Shown here one piece after another: positions 40,601 through 49,591 of a DNA stretch of 64,000 nt. The translations under genes and the position numbers were made by a program. The notes under the pieces were generated by a model. The model searched no databases, had not been told where the DNA came from, and was given only the letters and a program-made list of their open reading frames with translations. This stretch comes from a virus. Where the stretch lies: positions 20,656 to 84,655 of the IMG/VR virus record IMGVR_UViG_3300021963_000083. One strand, written 5' to 3'. Positions within the stretch are counted from its first letter, which is position 1. The number at the start of each line of letters is the position of its first letter.

Positions 40601-41875
40601 TTTAATTTTCCTCGACGCCATTTCAGCGCCCTCTGATGAGCCTCCGGTTTCAGCGAGAGGCTGACCACCTAGAGCATTTTCGAATTGTTTTCTAAAAGTA
40701 AGATAGTCGCTTTGACTATCGAATGATTTAGCTACAGAGAATGTAGCGTCTTGATTACAAGGTATAGAAACTACTGATACCTCAAGTAATTCTGCATCTT
40801 TAACGATTAAGCCATCAACTGACTTATCGTATTCCGCATCTTTAATTAAAAAGCCTACAGAGAATGTCGAAAGAACTCCTTCTTTGACTAAGTTGTGAAT
40901 ATCTCCAGCACTCTTGCTGATGATTCCCTTGATCTTTAGTCCTGTATTATCTGTAAGTATTTCTACAACCTTGCCTATTGGTTTATCATAATTATGATTG
41001 AATAGTAAGATTGGATTGGTTTGAAAGTTTTTTAGGCCTCCCTTAGTCCATGCAGTAGATAAGATTCTATCAGCTGAACGGTCAATAGCGTTTGTGCTAG
41101 CATAACCTGCTATAATAAGCTCACCGTCACTATCTTCGTGCATGTCCTTGATGGAGGAATCAAGCTTAAATATTTTATTCACACTATTCTCCTCTGGAGC
41201 AGGCACATTTTCGATACCTTTTCTCTTAACTTTAGTAAGCGTAGAAAAACGATGACCTACAAGAGTATCAGTTTCTACTTCATCCTTATATATCCGAATG
41301 AGTGCCGCGGGGTCTTCTTTAGTTGCATCTATGGAGAAGCTGCTATCAGGAATACCTAAAGTGCCTTCTCTCATAATGTGCTCTATACGGCCCATTGCCT
41401 TTCCGCCAGAAGAGTTCCACTCTACAAAATCACCAAGTTTTAAATCTTTTGGACCTGCTGTTTCATGTACGTCTTCTAGACCGTCCTCGTCTTCATCTTC
41501 AGAGTATTCTTTAGTATAGTCTAGGGATTTACCTTCTAGCCTATCTAGCGTCTCACTCTTGGCTCTAGCCCATGTCTGGCCGGGGTCTCCACCCCAAAGT
41601 GCCCAAGCAACTCTACCGTTAGAAGGAAAACCAGGCTCTCCAGGACTAAATCCTTCGCCTTGTTTATCTACTTCGTGTCTGCTGAAAAAGCTATGCATCC
41701 TACGTACAGTACTTGGTGATAGTTCTTGCTTATTTACAAGTTGCCTTGCACGAGCTAGACCTACCGGAGTACCTCCGTCGAATCCATCCTTTCTCCAGTC
41801 GAGAGCTTTTTGTGCCTCTTTTGCCATGCCATCGGTAGGAGTTAAATCAATATCTTCTCCACCTACTCTCGCCAT
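39236..41875 (-). CDS. In-frame fusion ORF: N-terminal accessory domains + HK97 prohead protease + major capsid protein
   Basis: Single 879-aa frame; protease motifs IAGYAST...NPILLFNH...FSVGF...LLEVSVVSIPCNQ in the middle, T5-like capsid at the C-terminus. Confidence 0.85.
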   Translation of the reverse strand: MARVGGEDIDLTPTDGMAKEAQKALDWRKDGFDGGTPVGLARARQLVNKQELSPSTVRRMHSFFSRHEVDKQGEGFSPGEPGFPSNGRVAWALWGGDPGQTWARAKSETLDRLEGKSLDYTKEYSEDEDEDGLEDVHETAGPKDLKLGDFVEWNSSGGKAMGRIEHIMREGTLGIPDSSFSIDATKEDPAALIRIYKDEVETDTLVGHRFSTLTKVKRKGIENVPAPEENSVNKIFKLDSSIKDMHEDSDGELIIAGYASTNAIDRSADRILSTAWTKGGLKNFQTNPILLFNHNYDKPIGKVVEILTDNTGLKIKGIISKSAGDIHNLVKEGVLSTFSVGFLIKDAEYDKSVDGLIVKDAELLEVSVVSIPCNQDATFSVAKSFDSQSDYLTFRKQFENALGGQPLAETGGSSEGAEMASRKIKMDDETINAQIQKGIADAMAAKAAADAAAAQKAADEKAANEKIVAQVIASSEEKLFAELEKRFKDDNTDLNTKLEGLRTELAEKSAELQNIANSKRVFADRGGNSNEWQKQFAQEMDDAFLLGRITGKGYNTEFAKNLLQKVNTMSSVAVSSDNFEREVSINIERDIQLELILAPMFREIAMTTASMVLPIMPDTNYATITGNAALPGTAPAGTLDSRGVAVGSEDGIALTEIELRTIKMIAKSYLGNETEEDGIIPILPLLREGMIRQHARGVENLILLGGHADGAYPSVSATAASGLLKYASTQSRTVTAAGTATPLTAAALLGLRKNMGKYGLRPNDVAYIVSQQCYFELLEDAEFQDFNLVNQQATKLTGEVGQIFGSSVMVCDEFPAAATGKYHALAVNTRNFVVPRQRGVTVESQYLVENQHKVLATTQRLGFKEIIPNAKSVIGLKYA

Positions 41876-41877
41876 TA

Positions 41878-42186
41878 TTAAGCTCCTTTAGTCTTTTCGA
41901 CTGCTGGCTTAACTGCTGGTGCCGGTGCTTCTACTGGAGCCTCTACTGGAGCTTCTGTAGACTGGGCTGGAGCTGAAGGAGTAGTTGGTACTGATGTGGA
42001 ACCATCATACTGCTTAATATCTCCAACCATATTTAATAAACGTGACCATGATCCGATTCCTCTTTTTACGAGTTGGAATCTAATTGGAACATCATTAGCG
42101 TTTTTATATTCTTCTGCAGTTAGTACTCTACCTTTAGAGGCAAAATATGCACCAATCTGCTCTACGATATTTGTTCGTCTAGTCAT
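41878..42186 (-). CDS. Hypothetical head-module protein with P/A/E-rich tail
   Basis: ORF between portal and protease, coupled to both neighbours; YF...G.VL...EY, GSWSR. Confidence 0.55.
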   Translation of the reverse strand: MTRRTNIVEQIGAYFASKGRVLTAEEYKNANDVPIRFQLVKRGIGSWSRLLNMVGDIKQYDGSTSVPTTPSAPAQSTEAPVEAPVEAPAPAVKPAVEKTKGA

Positions 42187-43373
42187 TAGTTGTTTCCTGT
42201 GTTATCATCTTGAGGTGGTGCGCCCCCTTGTGAAGGATCTACTGCACTTCCTGCTATATTTTGAGGTATACGTATACCATCATTTCCAGGCAGTACATCC
42301 CTACCCAATCCGATTCTAGCTTCATTGGCAGTAATAATACCGCCATTGACTAGTGTTGAGTAGAAGGCTGCTTCGTCTCTTAACTCTGGCTGTAGAGCGG
42401 GTATTCCGGATACGTTCTCTATAATCTCAAATCCAAAGAACATTTGTAACGCAGAGTTCACCTTCTTAATAATAGGAATGATGGTCTCTAAGTAGTATAG
42501 TCTATGGTTTGGTCTAAGATTAGCGTTATTACCGCTATCAACTAGGACAGGTGGTACGCCTAAAGCCTTTAAAATTACTTTTTCGTTGGTGTCTATTGAC
42601 CCAGCGAAATCTAAATCTTTAAAACTGACAGTAGTTAGTGGATCTACCACCATACCGCCGTCTAGAATTAATGGACTTCTTCCGCCAGACTGAGGTCTGT
42701 AAGAAGTCTTCCAATCTTCTTTCATTCTTTCTTTAATACGGTGACTTAGTACGTCCGGACTTCTAATCACTAGGCCCGGTACTGCTCCGTTTGTAAAGAA
42801 GTTATCTTGAAAATCTCTCATTGACTTCATAAGCTTCATTGTTCGTAAAGCTGGTTTCAGTCGAGATGCGCCTCTATAAAGTGAGATAGCGCTATTATCT
42901 TTGATATGAATAATTTCATTAACATTGAAATCTATAGTCCCTTGGAACGTATATTTTTCAACATATGTCTTTTCGTCTGAGTAGATAGTTACCTTATTCG
43001 CTGGTAGCTGATATAAGTGCTGACCGTCCCAATATAGGAAGATGTTACCATCAATAATCAGGTCCATAATCATATTTCGTCTAAACGAGTGAATGTCTTG
43101 GAAAGGGTTAGGCTGAACATTTAGTAATGTTTCTACCGTTTTCTTCTTTACTCCGCTTACTTTAGGAAATCCAATCTTGTCAGATCCTACTTTGAAATTT
43201 ATCTCAGCGGCATCGTCAATAATCATATTAACTGCGCGATTAACAATTTCTAAGTTTTCATAATAATAAATGTAAGTGCGTTCTGGCTCAGTGCTAGGAC
43301 TTTGTGACTCCATATAGGAGATCCAGCGCTGACCAGGATTTAGTTTTTCAACTAGCCAACTTCCTAGTTTCAT
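42186..43373 (-). CDS. Portal protein (HK97/T5 pb7-like)
   Basis: KLNP.Q, LLN..PNPFQ, EIIHIKDN, FF.NGAVPG, ALGVPP, GNNAN.RPN. Confidence 0.92.
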   Translation of the reverse strand: MKLGSWLVEKLNPGQRWISYMESQSPSTEPERTYIYYYENLEIVNRAVNMIIDDAAEINFKVGSDKIGFPKVSGVKKKTVETLLNVQPNPFQDIHSFRRNMIMDLIIDGNIFLYWDGQHLYQLPANKVTIYSDEKTYVEKYTFQGTIDFNVNEIIHIKDNSAISLYRGASRLKPALRTMKLMKSMRDFQDNFFTNGAVPGLVIRSPDVLSHRIKERMKEDWKTSYRPQSGGRSPLILDGGMVVDPLTTVSFKDLDFAGSIDTNEKVILKALGVPPVLVDSGNNANLRPNHRLYYLETIIPIIKKVNSALQMFFGFEIIENVSGIPALQPELRDEAAFYSTLVNGGIITANEARIGLGRDVLPGNDGIRIPQNIAGSAVDPSQGGAPPQDDNTGNN

Positions 43374-43740
43374 ATTTCTCCTTTTGGATCATTACCCAAT
43401 TTTTCTGCTTATCAGCAGTAAAAAGTGCTGGATCCTTACCATAGACACTATGAAGCCTCAGGTGATGTTCGTGGCACAGCGTTACAGTTTGGTTGTAGAC
43501 CTTATCTTCTTCTTCAAGTATAAATTCGTCTCTGATTTTCAAGATGTCATCTACTACTTTAACTGTATAACCCTTCGACTTACACCATTTATTAAACAAT
43601 GGAGTCATTGTATAATAATGATGAAAATCGAGAGATTCTGTTGCCCCACAAATCTCACATTGAGAGCCTTTTTCATATCTAGACTTTGCTCTATCCCTCA
43701 CATATTTGATAGGGTCTCGAAGCAGAGTTGTTCCGGACAT
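43348..43740 (-). CDS. HNH-type nicking endonuclease (T5 Sci-like)
   Basis: RD..KY.RD.AKS.Y.K...C.ICG....L.FHH ... TLC..HH..LH..YG; ATG 43740 after GGAG. Confidence 0.75.
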   Translation of the reverse strand: MSGTTLLRDPIKYVRDRAKSRYEKGSQCEICGATESLDFHHYYTMTPLFNKWCKSKGYTVKVVDDILKIRDEFILEEEDKVYNQTVTLCHEHHLRLHSVYGKDPALFTADKQKNWVMIQKEKYETRKLAS

Positions 43741-43765
43741 TTTTGTCTCCTTTTCTTCTTTTGTA

Positions 43766-43794
43766 ATTATATTATTTTGAGGGGATAAAGTCAA
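43766..43794 (-). promoter_or_regulatory. Late promoter for nicking endonuclease/portal/head genes
   Basis: Minus strand TTGACT-17-TATAAT. Confidence 0.75.
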
Positions 43795-43827
43795 GGTGCA
43801 AATTACAATAGGTACGAAAATAACTCA

Positions 43828-44019
43828 TTAAGTAAAGAAACCTGCATTTATATTCTGCGTCAGTTCCTGAATCATTTGCGTATTGCCTACTTTTTTAGCA
43901 ACTCCATCTACATCTGTAAGATACTGTTCAGCATAATTACCGTTTCTAACAAAGTATAGTGCATTAGGCACTAACGTTGTTGGTAATACTGTTACTTTAA
44001 AAAATCTTATATCTGCCAT
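43828..44019 (-). CDS. Small hypothetical protein (possible virion accessory)
   Basis: 63-aa ORF coupled to upstream gene; FFKV..LP.TL...A.YFV.NG.YAE.YLT. Confidence 0.5.
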   Translation of the reverse strand: MADIRFFKVTVLPTTLVPNALYFVRNGNYAEQYLTDVDGVAKKVGNTQMIQELTQNINAGFFT

Positions 44020-44020
44020 T

Positions 44021-44227
44021 TTACCACCCTACTGTTTCCCAATTATAGATTTCAACACTAAATATAGCTTGAGGGATTATAGTGCTTGGCCCGCTGGAAG
44101 GATAGACCTGGTCTGGATTCTCTAGCACTCTTTTACCTGAGTGCAGCCAATCTACTTGTGCTGGAAATACGTAAGTAGCCCAGTTTATTTTTGCTGCAGG
44201 CTCTAGCCTTTCCAGTAGTTCTATCAT
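44021..44227 (-). CDS. Small hypothetical protein
   Basis: 68 aa, ATGA overlap with upstream gene, ends W....W. Confidence 0.5.
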   Translation of the reverse strand: MIELLERLEPAAKINWATYVFPAQVDWLHSGKRVLENPDQVYPSSGPSTIIPQAIFSVEIYNWETVGW

Positions 44228-44541
44228 ACTACGCTTTCCTTGACTGTGACTTTCTTAGGTATACCCTTAAAAGTTAGCCCAGTCACAATGTACTCAAAGT
44301 TAACATAATATATTCCTGGGGCTAAAGAATCTGTATTGGATAGAGTAAATAGATAACCTTGAGTCACTTCTGGACTAGTATAATCTGCAACAGTAAACGT
44401 TTTGAGTACTGCGGCTGATTCTAATGGTACTTCGCCTCTTTGAGACGCTTTTAGTACTGCGGTTACTCCTGAAATAAGTGACTTAGTGCCAGTTACTACA
44501 GCGGGAATAACCAGGCTCTCACCTTGATATATAACGTACAT
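44224..44541 (-). CDS. Small beta-sandwich (Ig/BppU-like) hypothetical protein
   Basis: IYQGE.L.I ... T..L.PG.YY...EY pattern; start overlaps terL stop. Confidence 0.5.
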   Translation of the reverse strand: MYVIYQGESLVIPAVVTGTKSLISGVTAVLKASQRGEVPLESAAVLKTFTVADYTSPEVTQGYLFTLSNTDSLAPGIYYVNFEYIVTGLTFKGIPKKVTVKESVV

Positions 44542-45830
44542 TAAAAACCTCCTGCGCTAGTTTTATAGCTATAAAGCGCGTACCTAATAGCGTCGGCCAT
44601 GTGGGACGCGTCATTATGTAGTGGCTTTTCTTTTTGTAAACTTTGATTTGGATCCCACTGATACTGATCAATTGAATACAGAGTATTCTTTAAATTGGGA
44701 TCCACAATAATTCTATCATTATCCGCTAGGGAGGCTACATAGCCTATACCATCTAAAACGGATTTTTTCGCATTTGTAGTGGGAATATCGTATTCCTGCG
44801 CGAAGTCATAACGCTGCTGCTGGTTAGCAGAATCAATATAAATATAATCTATATTCCACTTATCCATCAGAGCTTTAATATTTTTAGCGTGTCCAGAGGT
44901 AACTTCCTCGTTATCTAGGTATTCATCTAGTATATAGAACTTTTCATCTTCCCAATTGAACGCTATGACACACATTGCTGTTGGGTCACGGAAGCCAAGG
45001 TCGAGTCCTGCGAATACGTCGCATTTCTTAAGATTTAAATCCTTAGTATCACGAACACACTCTTCTTTGATCTGCCAGCATTTACCTTCGAAGGTAGAGA
45101 AGTCAGCTTCATATTCCTGTCTGAACTCTGCGTCTGACATTGATCTGCGTGCCTCTTGAACATCTTGTTCCGACATTCTAGGATTATCCTTATAAGTGGC
45201 CTTAACAGAGAACCACTCTGGGAATTCATTAGTAAATCCTCTATCAAATAGCTTTGAAAACCAGTTATTCTTACCACGAGGTGTAGAAATAAATAGTGCC
45301 TTTGAGTTTGGCTTATCTAGTGTAGGTCTTAGTGATACGTTGAACGCATCTAGTCCATCTGTAAGCGCGGCTTCGTCAAAGATAATTAGATCATAAGAAC
45401 GACCTACGCAGCTATCAACCTGATTAATAGAACCGATTCTAATTGTGGATCCGTTAGATAGCTCAATAACTCTATCTTTTGCGTTATCCTTAGCTACCTC
45501 TAGATTGAACCTCTTAATAAGCGATCTTTGTAAATCAAAAGAAATACTCGATAGATTATAGTTTGGCGCCATGATTAGTACATTGGAGCCAGGTACTAAT
45601 GAAACTACCTGGCCCACAACGTTTGCTATGTAGGTCTTGCCTTGACGACGTGATAGAGCAGCACACCCAAAACGATACTTAGGGTTATTTATACCATTTA
45701 TAAGAGCTATCTGAGAGGGTAAAGGATCTATCTCTAACTCTTTTAGATAGTTTCCAATGGGTACGCGCATAAACGCATTTGGATATTGAACTATAACGTC
45801 TTGTGGTATGTCTGCTCTACTTACTATCAT
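44541..45830 (-). CDS. terL: Terminase large subunit
   Basis: SRRQGKT, GRSYDLIIFDEAA, ISTPRG, GLDLG..DPTA, SH.ADA.RYA. Confidence 0.95.
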   Translation of the reverse strand: MIVSRADIPQDVIVQYPNAFMRVPIGNYLKELEIDPLPSQIALINGINNPKYRFGCAALSRRQGKTYIANVVGQVVSLVPGSNVLIMAPNYNLSSISFDLQRSLIKRFNLEVAKDNAKDRVIELSNGSTIRIGSINQVDSCVGRSYDLIIFDEAALTDGLDAFNVSLRPTLDKPNSKALFISTPRGKNNWFSKLFDRGFTNEFPEWFSVKATYKDNPRMSEQDVQEARRSMSDAEFRQEYEADFSTFEGKCWQIKEECVRDTKDLNLKKCDVFAGLDLGFRDPTAMCVIAFNWEDEKFYILDEYLDNEEVTSGHAKNIKALMDKWNIDYIYIDSANQQQRYDFAQEYDIPTTNAKKSVLDGIGYVASLADNDRIIVDPNLKNTLYSIDQYQWDPNQSLQKEKPLHNDASHMADAIRYALYSYKTSAGGF

Positions 45831-45842
45831 ATTATTCCTAAA

Positions 45843-47903
45843 CTACTTTGAGGTTGCTCTATATATTCCATCCCAATTAGTGGGAGGATTACTCTTGTAT
45901 TCTTTAATTCTTTCCAGCATCATATCGTAATACTGGGTCATTTCATCTTTCCAGCATTTCTTTAGATCATTTGCGTACTTTTCCGCAACTTGCCAATTAC
46001 CCAGACGATATAGCTCTAAGAACTTGACATGCTGTTTCTCAGCTAATGGGTCATGGAACGGTAACACGGTAAATATTGTGGCGGGCTCGGTCTTACCTTT
46101 TACTGCGAGTAGATCGAGCTCAACGACTTGGTATGTTTCTCGCACATACTTAGCCGTTTTTGGTCCAATGACGATTTTGACACCGTAAGGCTTGGATTGA
46201 CCTTCGAGGCGAGCAGCAAGATTAACGCCATCGCCAAGACAGGTATAATCAAAACGCTGATCAGAGCCCATATTGCCAACAACCACGGTATCAGTATTAA
46301 TACCGAGGCCCATACCAAAAGCTGGTATACCTTCTTTCGTAATTTCTGCATTAAATTCCTCCAGGGAGCTCATCATCTGGAAGGCAGTCTTCACAGCATC
46401 CAGTGCGTGGTCTTGATTATTAACAGGTGCATTCCAGAATGCCATCTGAGCATCTCCGATGTACTTATCTAGTGTGCCCTTGTTCTCAAGAATTGCTTTA
46501 GTCATAGCAGTCATGTAGCGGTTCATGATCTGCGTGAGCCCCTGCACATTCTTACCATAGTGTTCAGAAATTGTAGTGAATCCGCGAACGTCTGTGAACA
46601 TGATTGATAGTTCTTGTTCAGTGCCACCAAGTTGTAGTAGTTCTGGCTGACGTTGTAGCTGAGCAACTAAGTCTGGGCTTAGATAAGTACCAAACTGCTT
46701 CTTAATCTGTTGTTTCTGTAAATACTCACTGATAAACTTAACGGTATAGATGTGTAAGTAAATTACCAATGCTGCAAGAATGTTGAAGGAAATATCAAAC
46801 AATATCATACTATGGGTAAACAGATAGATTGGAGCGTAAACATACCCAACTAGCAATATACCAATCCAGACTATTGAATACCTTACTCTTGACAGTATTA
46901 TAATCGACAACGAAAGTACCACGAATGCCACAAGATCAACAAGACCTACCCAATTCGGAATTGATACTGAATCTCCCTTTATTAGAGTTTCAAGCAGACT
47001 GGCTTGTAGCTGATGGGGGTGCTGCGCGCCTGAAGGAGTTGCTACAGGATTATTCAATCCAGCTGCAGTCACTCCTAGAATCACGATTTTACCTTTCAAA
47101 TCAGGTAAAGGATCAGCACCAATTTCTACTGACTGGAATCGGTAATTAGGATTAATGAATGTTCTTCCATATTCATCTGTTTTAATTGTTTCAAAAGAAG
47201 GAATTCGTAATGCTTCAACACCCGTCTGATTTACCTTTGCCTGATACGAAGGATCTCCGGCAGCAACACGCAGCATCTCTAGAGCAAATGCGGGGTAGTA
47301 TTCCCCGGATGATTGCGCTAGAAGAGGAACTCGCCTTACGACCCCGTCAGTCTCAGGTAGAGTTGATGTTACTCCCACACCGGCAGCGGCTTCTTGAAGA
47401 AGTGGGATATTACTTAGAACGCATGGATATTGAGGAAGAAATTCAGTTGCTTCTCCATCGCCGACTATTGCTACTCCAGTACGGCGGGTTGTTAAAGCAC
47501 TCTTTGAACCAGAGCAATCCGTGGTTACGGTTTGACTTAGGACTGTTGGAGTGCCTGTGAGACTTTCTGAAAAAGCTTTGTCTCCGCCGAAGCGATCGGC
47601 TTCAGGATAAAGTATTGTGCTGCCAACGATACCAGCGCCAGCGCTATAAATATCTGAATTAATTTTAGCATAAACACTCCTCGGGAAAGGCCATTGTCCA
47701 TACTTTTCAATTGCCTTTTCACCAATATTTGCGACTACAATCTGTTCTGATTGTACTGGACTATCTAGCATAAGATAGTCGTAGTACTTTAATTTCATGC
47801 TGTCGACTAAGAACGGATTCATCAACTTTACTGATAACAATAGCAGTACTGTAGCTACTGCTAGCCACGGTGATAATAGAATTTTACTCGCCTTGTTTAA
47901 CAT
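45843..47903 (-). CDS. CHASE2-domain class III adenylate cyclase
   Basis: N-terminal TM, I.E......GQWP.PR, DG.VRR.PL CHASE2 motifs, 3 TM, FTDVRGFT, DKYIGDA.MAFWNAP, YT.LGD.VNLAARLE; ATG 47903 after GGAGG (alternative 47930). Confidence 0.93.
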   Translation of the reverse strand: MLNKASKILLSPWLAVATVLLLLSVKLMNPFLVDSMKLKYYDYLMLDSPVQSEQIVVANIGEKAIEKYGQWPFPRSVYAKINSDIYSAGAGIVGSTILYPEADRFGGDKAFSESLTGTPTVLSQTVTTDCSGSKSALTTRRTGVAIVGDGEATEFLPQYPCVLSNIPLLQEAAAGVGVTSTLPETDGVVRRVPLLAQSSGEYYPAFALEMLRVAAGDPSYQAKVNQTGVEALRIPSFETIKTDEYGRTFINPNYRFQSVEIGADPLPDLKGKIVILGVTAAGLNNPVATPSGAQHPHQLQASLLETLIKGDSVSIPNWVGLVDLVAFVVLSLSIIILSRVRYSIVWIGILLVGYVYAPIYLFTHSMILFDISFNILAALVIYLHIYTVKFISEYLQKQQIKKQFGTYLSPDLVAQLQRQPELLQLGGTEQELSIMFTDVRGFTTISEHYGKNVQGLTQIMNRYMTAMTKAILENKGTLDKYIGDAQMAFWNAPVNNQDHALDAVKTAFQMMSSLEEFNAEITKEGIPAFGMGLGINTDTVVVGNMGSDQRFDYTCLGDGVNLAARLEGQSKPYGVKIVIGPKTAKYVRETYQVVELDLLAVKGKTEPATIFTVLPFHDPLAEKQHVKFLELYRLGNWQVAEKYANDLKKCWKDEMTQYYDMMLERIKEYKSNPPTNWDGIYRATSK

Positions 47904-48975
47904 TGATGATGGTTCCTCCAGCCGGGTCATTTATTTCAATTAGGAATGACTTTCCATTACTATCTATAAAGAGATTTTTATTCTCATCTTTCTTGAATCT
48001 TACGTCAATGGTAGTTCCTAATGATCTTACGAGACGAATAGAATCACCAGATAAAATAGTGGCAATCTGAGTTACAGTATCTAAACCGAATGTAGTGCCA
48101 CATAACTTAGTCTCTTCTCTAGTGATACAGTTATCAATCCCTAAACTATTGTCAAGAAAGTCTTCTTTGAGAAAGTCAGCATCTATTGTATTAATATCTA
48201 GATCTGAACTTGCAAGCGTGTCTTCTGCAAGATCATCTTTTGCTAAGAAGTCTATATCTAGTTCACTTAGGTCAAGAATGTTCTCTCTTCTGTCACTACC
48301 ATCTTGATCATACTGCATTTCTTGTGCAGGAGACACGATTAGCATATTGTCAATCATATCTAGCGTTAGGTTAAGAATAACAGGTTGTGATGGTCTGCTG
48401 TCCATCGTAGATACCATAGTAGCTTGGAACGCTTTAGTAAGAATAACTGATCCGGCAGCATTAGACACTGTAATTTCCCCTACCGAACCATCAGGTTCCG
48501 GAAGTAGAATGACCAAGCTTTTACCGAAGTCATCTACTGTTGTAGCGAAATCCGTACCGCGTACCGCGATGGTAGCGGTTGGAGTTCTAAGACTAATATT
48601 ACTCTTGCTTATTCTGCCGCTCTGTCCTGTTGCGAATCTTGCTGTACCACTTGCGAACTTAAGAGCCATTCTTGAAGTAGAGGGTTTGCCACTATATACA
48701 AAATCGTCAATCACAAGCTTAGAATGCTCAGTGACCTTAACAATAGAGTTATCTATAAATGTAATTTCAACTCTACCATTACCAGTTTGCACCTTATCTA
48801 ATTTGGCAATAGGTAGCTGAGGTCGTGTAGCAACCTTAGTGGTTTTCTTCACGACCTCACTTATACCTCGGTTTTGTGTAACTTTACCTATATTAGCATG
48901 GGCCACCGGCGTTACACTGATTAATAGTAATAGTGCTGCCGTTGCTTGTGCTATTGATCTTAAGTGTGTCAACAT
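47884..48975 (-). CDS. Secreted FecR-domain protein with acidic C-terminal region
   Basis: Signal peptide (AHA/N), D.V.T.NG...I.F.D.S...V.E.S.L.ID.F.Y, TPTATI.VRGTDF. Confidence 0.85.
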   Translation of the reverse strand: MLTHLRSIAQATAALLLLISVTPVAHANIGKVTQNRGISEVVKKTTKVATRPQLPIAKLDKVQTGNGRVEITFIDNSIVKVTEHSKLVIDDFVYSGKPSTSRMALKFASGTARFATGQSGRISKSNISLRTPTATIAVRGTDFATTVDDFGKSLVILLPEPDGSVGEITVSNAAGSVILTKAFQATMVSTMDSRPSQPVILNLTLDMIDNMLIVSPAQEMQYDQDGSDRRENILDLSELDIDFLAKDDLAEDTLASSDLDINTIDADFLKEDFLDNSLGIDNCITREETKLCGTTFGLDTVTQIATILSGDSIRLVRSLGTTIDVRFKKDENKNLFIDSNGKSFLIEINDPAGGTIINVKQGE

Positions 48976-49591
48976 TAGTTGTACTCTGTTGGTTTATTGC
49001 TACTGTATTAGTGTTGCCTGTAAGAAGCATTTCAATGTTCTTCCCAGCAGTGCCGTTCTGTACGGTAGTAATAGTATTACCATCGCCTGCTATTGTCTTG
49101 GTGTTCACAACATCATCTGCGTTTATAGTAGATGTAAGTGTATTGGTGTCGCCAGTGACTGTGATAGTCTGAGTTGCATTCGTAGCAGAAGCCGCTGTAC
49201 CTTGGTTAAATGTGAGATTATTTGAATCCCCAGTAACTTCAAGGGTCTTGGTTGAACCAGCTACACTAGCGGCATCACCTTGATCATATATTAATTCGTT
49301 ACTATCTCCTGTAACAGTAACATTCATATCAACATTATCCGCCTGAACAATAGAGCCTTGTATAGAGTTGTTATTGCCTTCTTGAGTTGTTGTTATTGTT
49401 TGACTATTTCCCTGAAGAACTACACGATTTTGTTCTGTTCCAATAGTATTGCCCTGCCCCTTTTGAGTAACAGTAATTACACTACTATCACCGACCTGGT
49501 CAATAAAGATTGAGTTAGTAGTTGATTGTGCCATCACTGCTGTACTAGCTAGTGATGACATTGCTACAAGTATTAATGAATTCCTTCCCAT
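48893..49591 (-). CDS. Curlin-like (CsgA/CsgB-type) beta-solenoid repeat protein
   Basis: Sec signal then N.I.I.Q.G..N / Q.G..N / V.GD.N repeats; directly after csgG. Confidence 0.8.
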   Translation of the reverse strand: MGRNSLILVAMSSLASTAVMAQSTTNSIFIDQVGDSSVITVTQKGQGNTIGTEQNRVVLQGNSQTITTTQEGNNNSIQGSIVQADNVDMNVTVTGDSNELIYDQGDAASVAGSTKTLEVTGDSNNLTFNQGTAASATNATQTITVTGDTNTLTSTINADDVVNTKTIAGDGNTITTVQNGTAGKNIEMLLTGNTNTVAINQQSTTNVDTLKINSTSNGSTITINQCNAGGPC

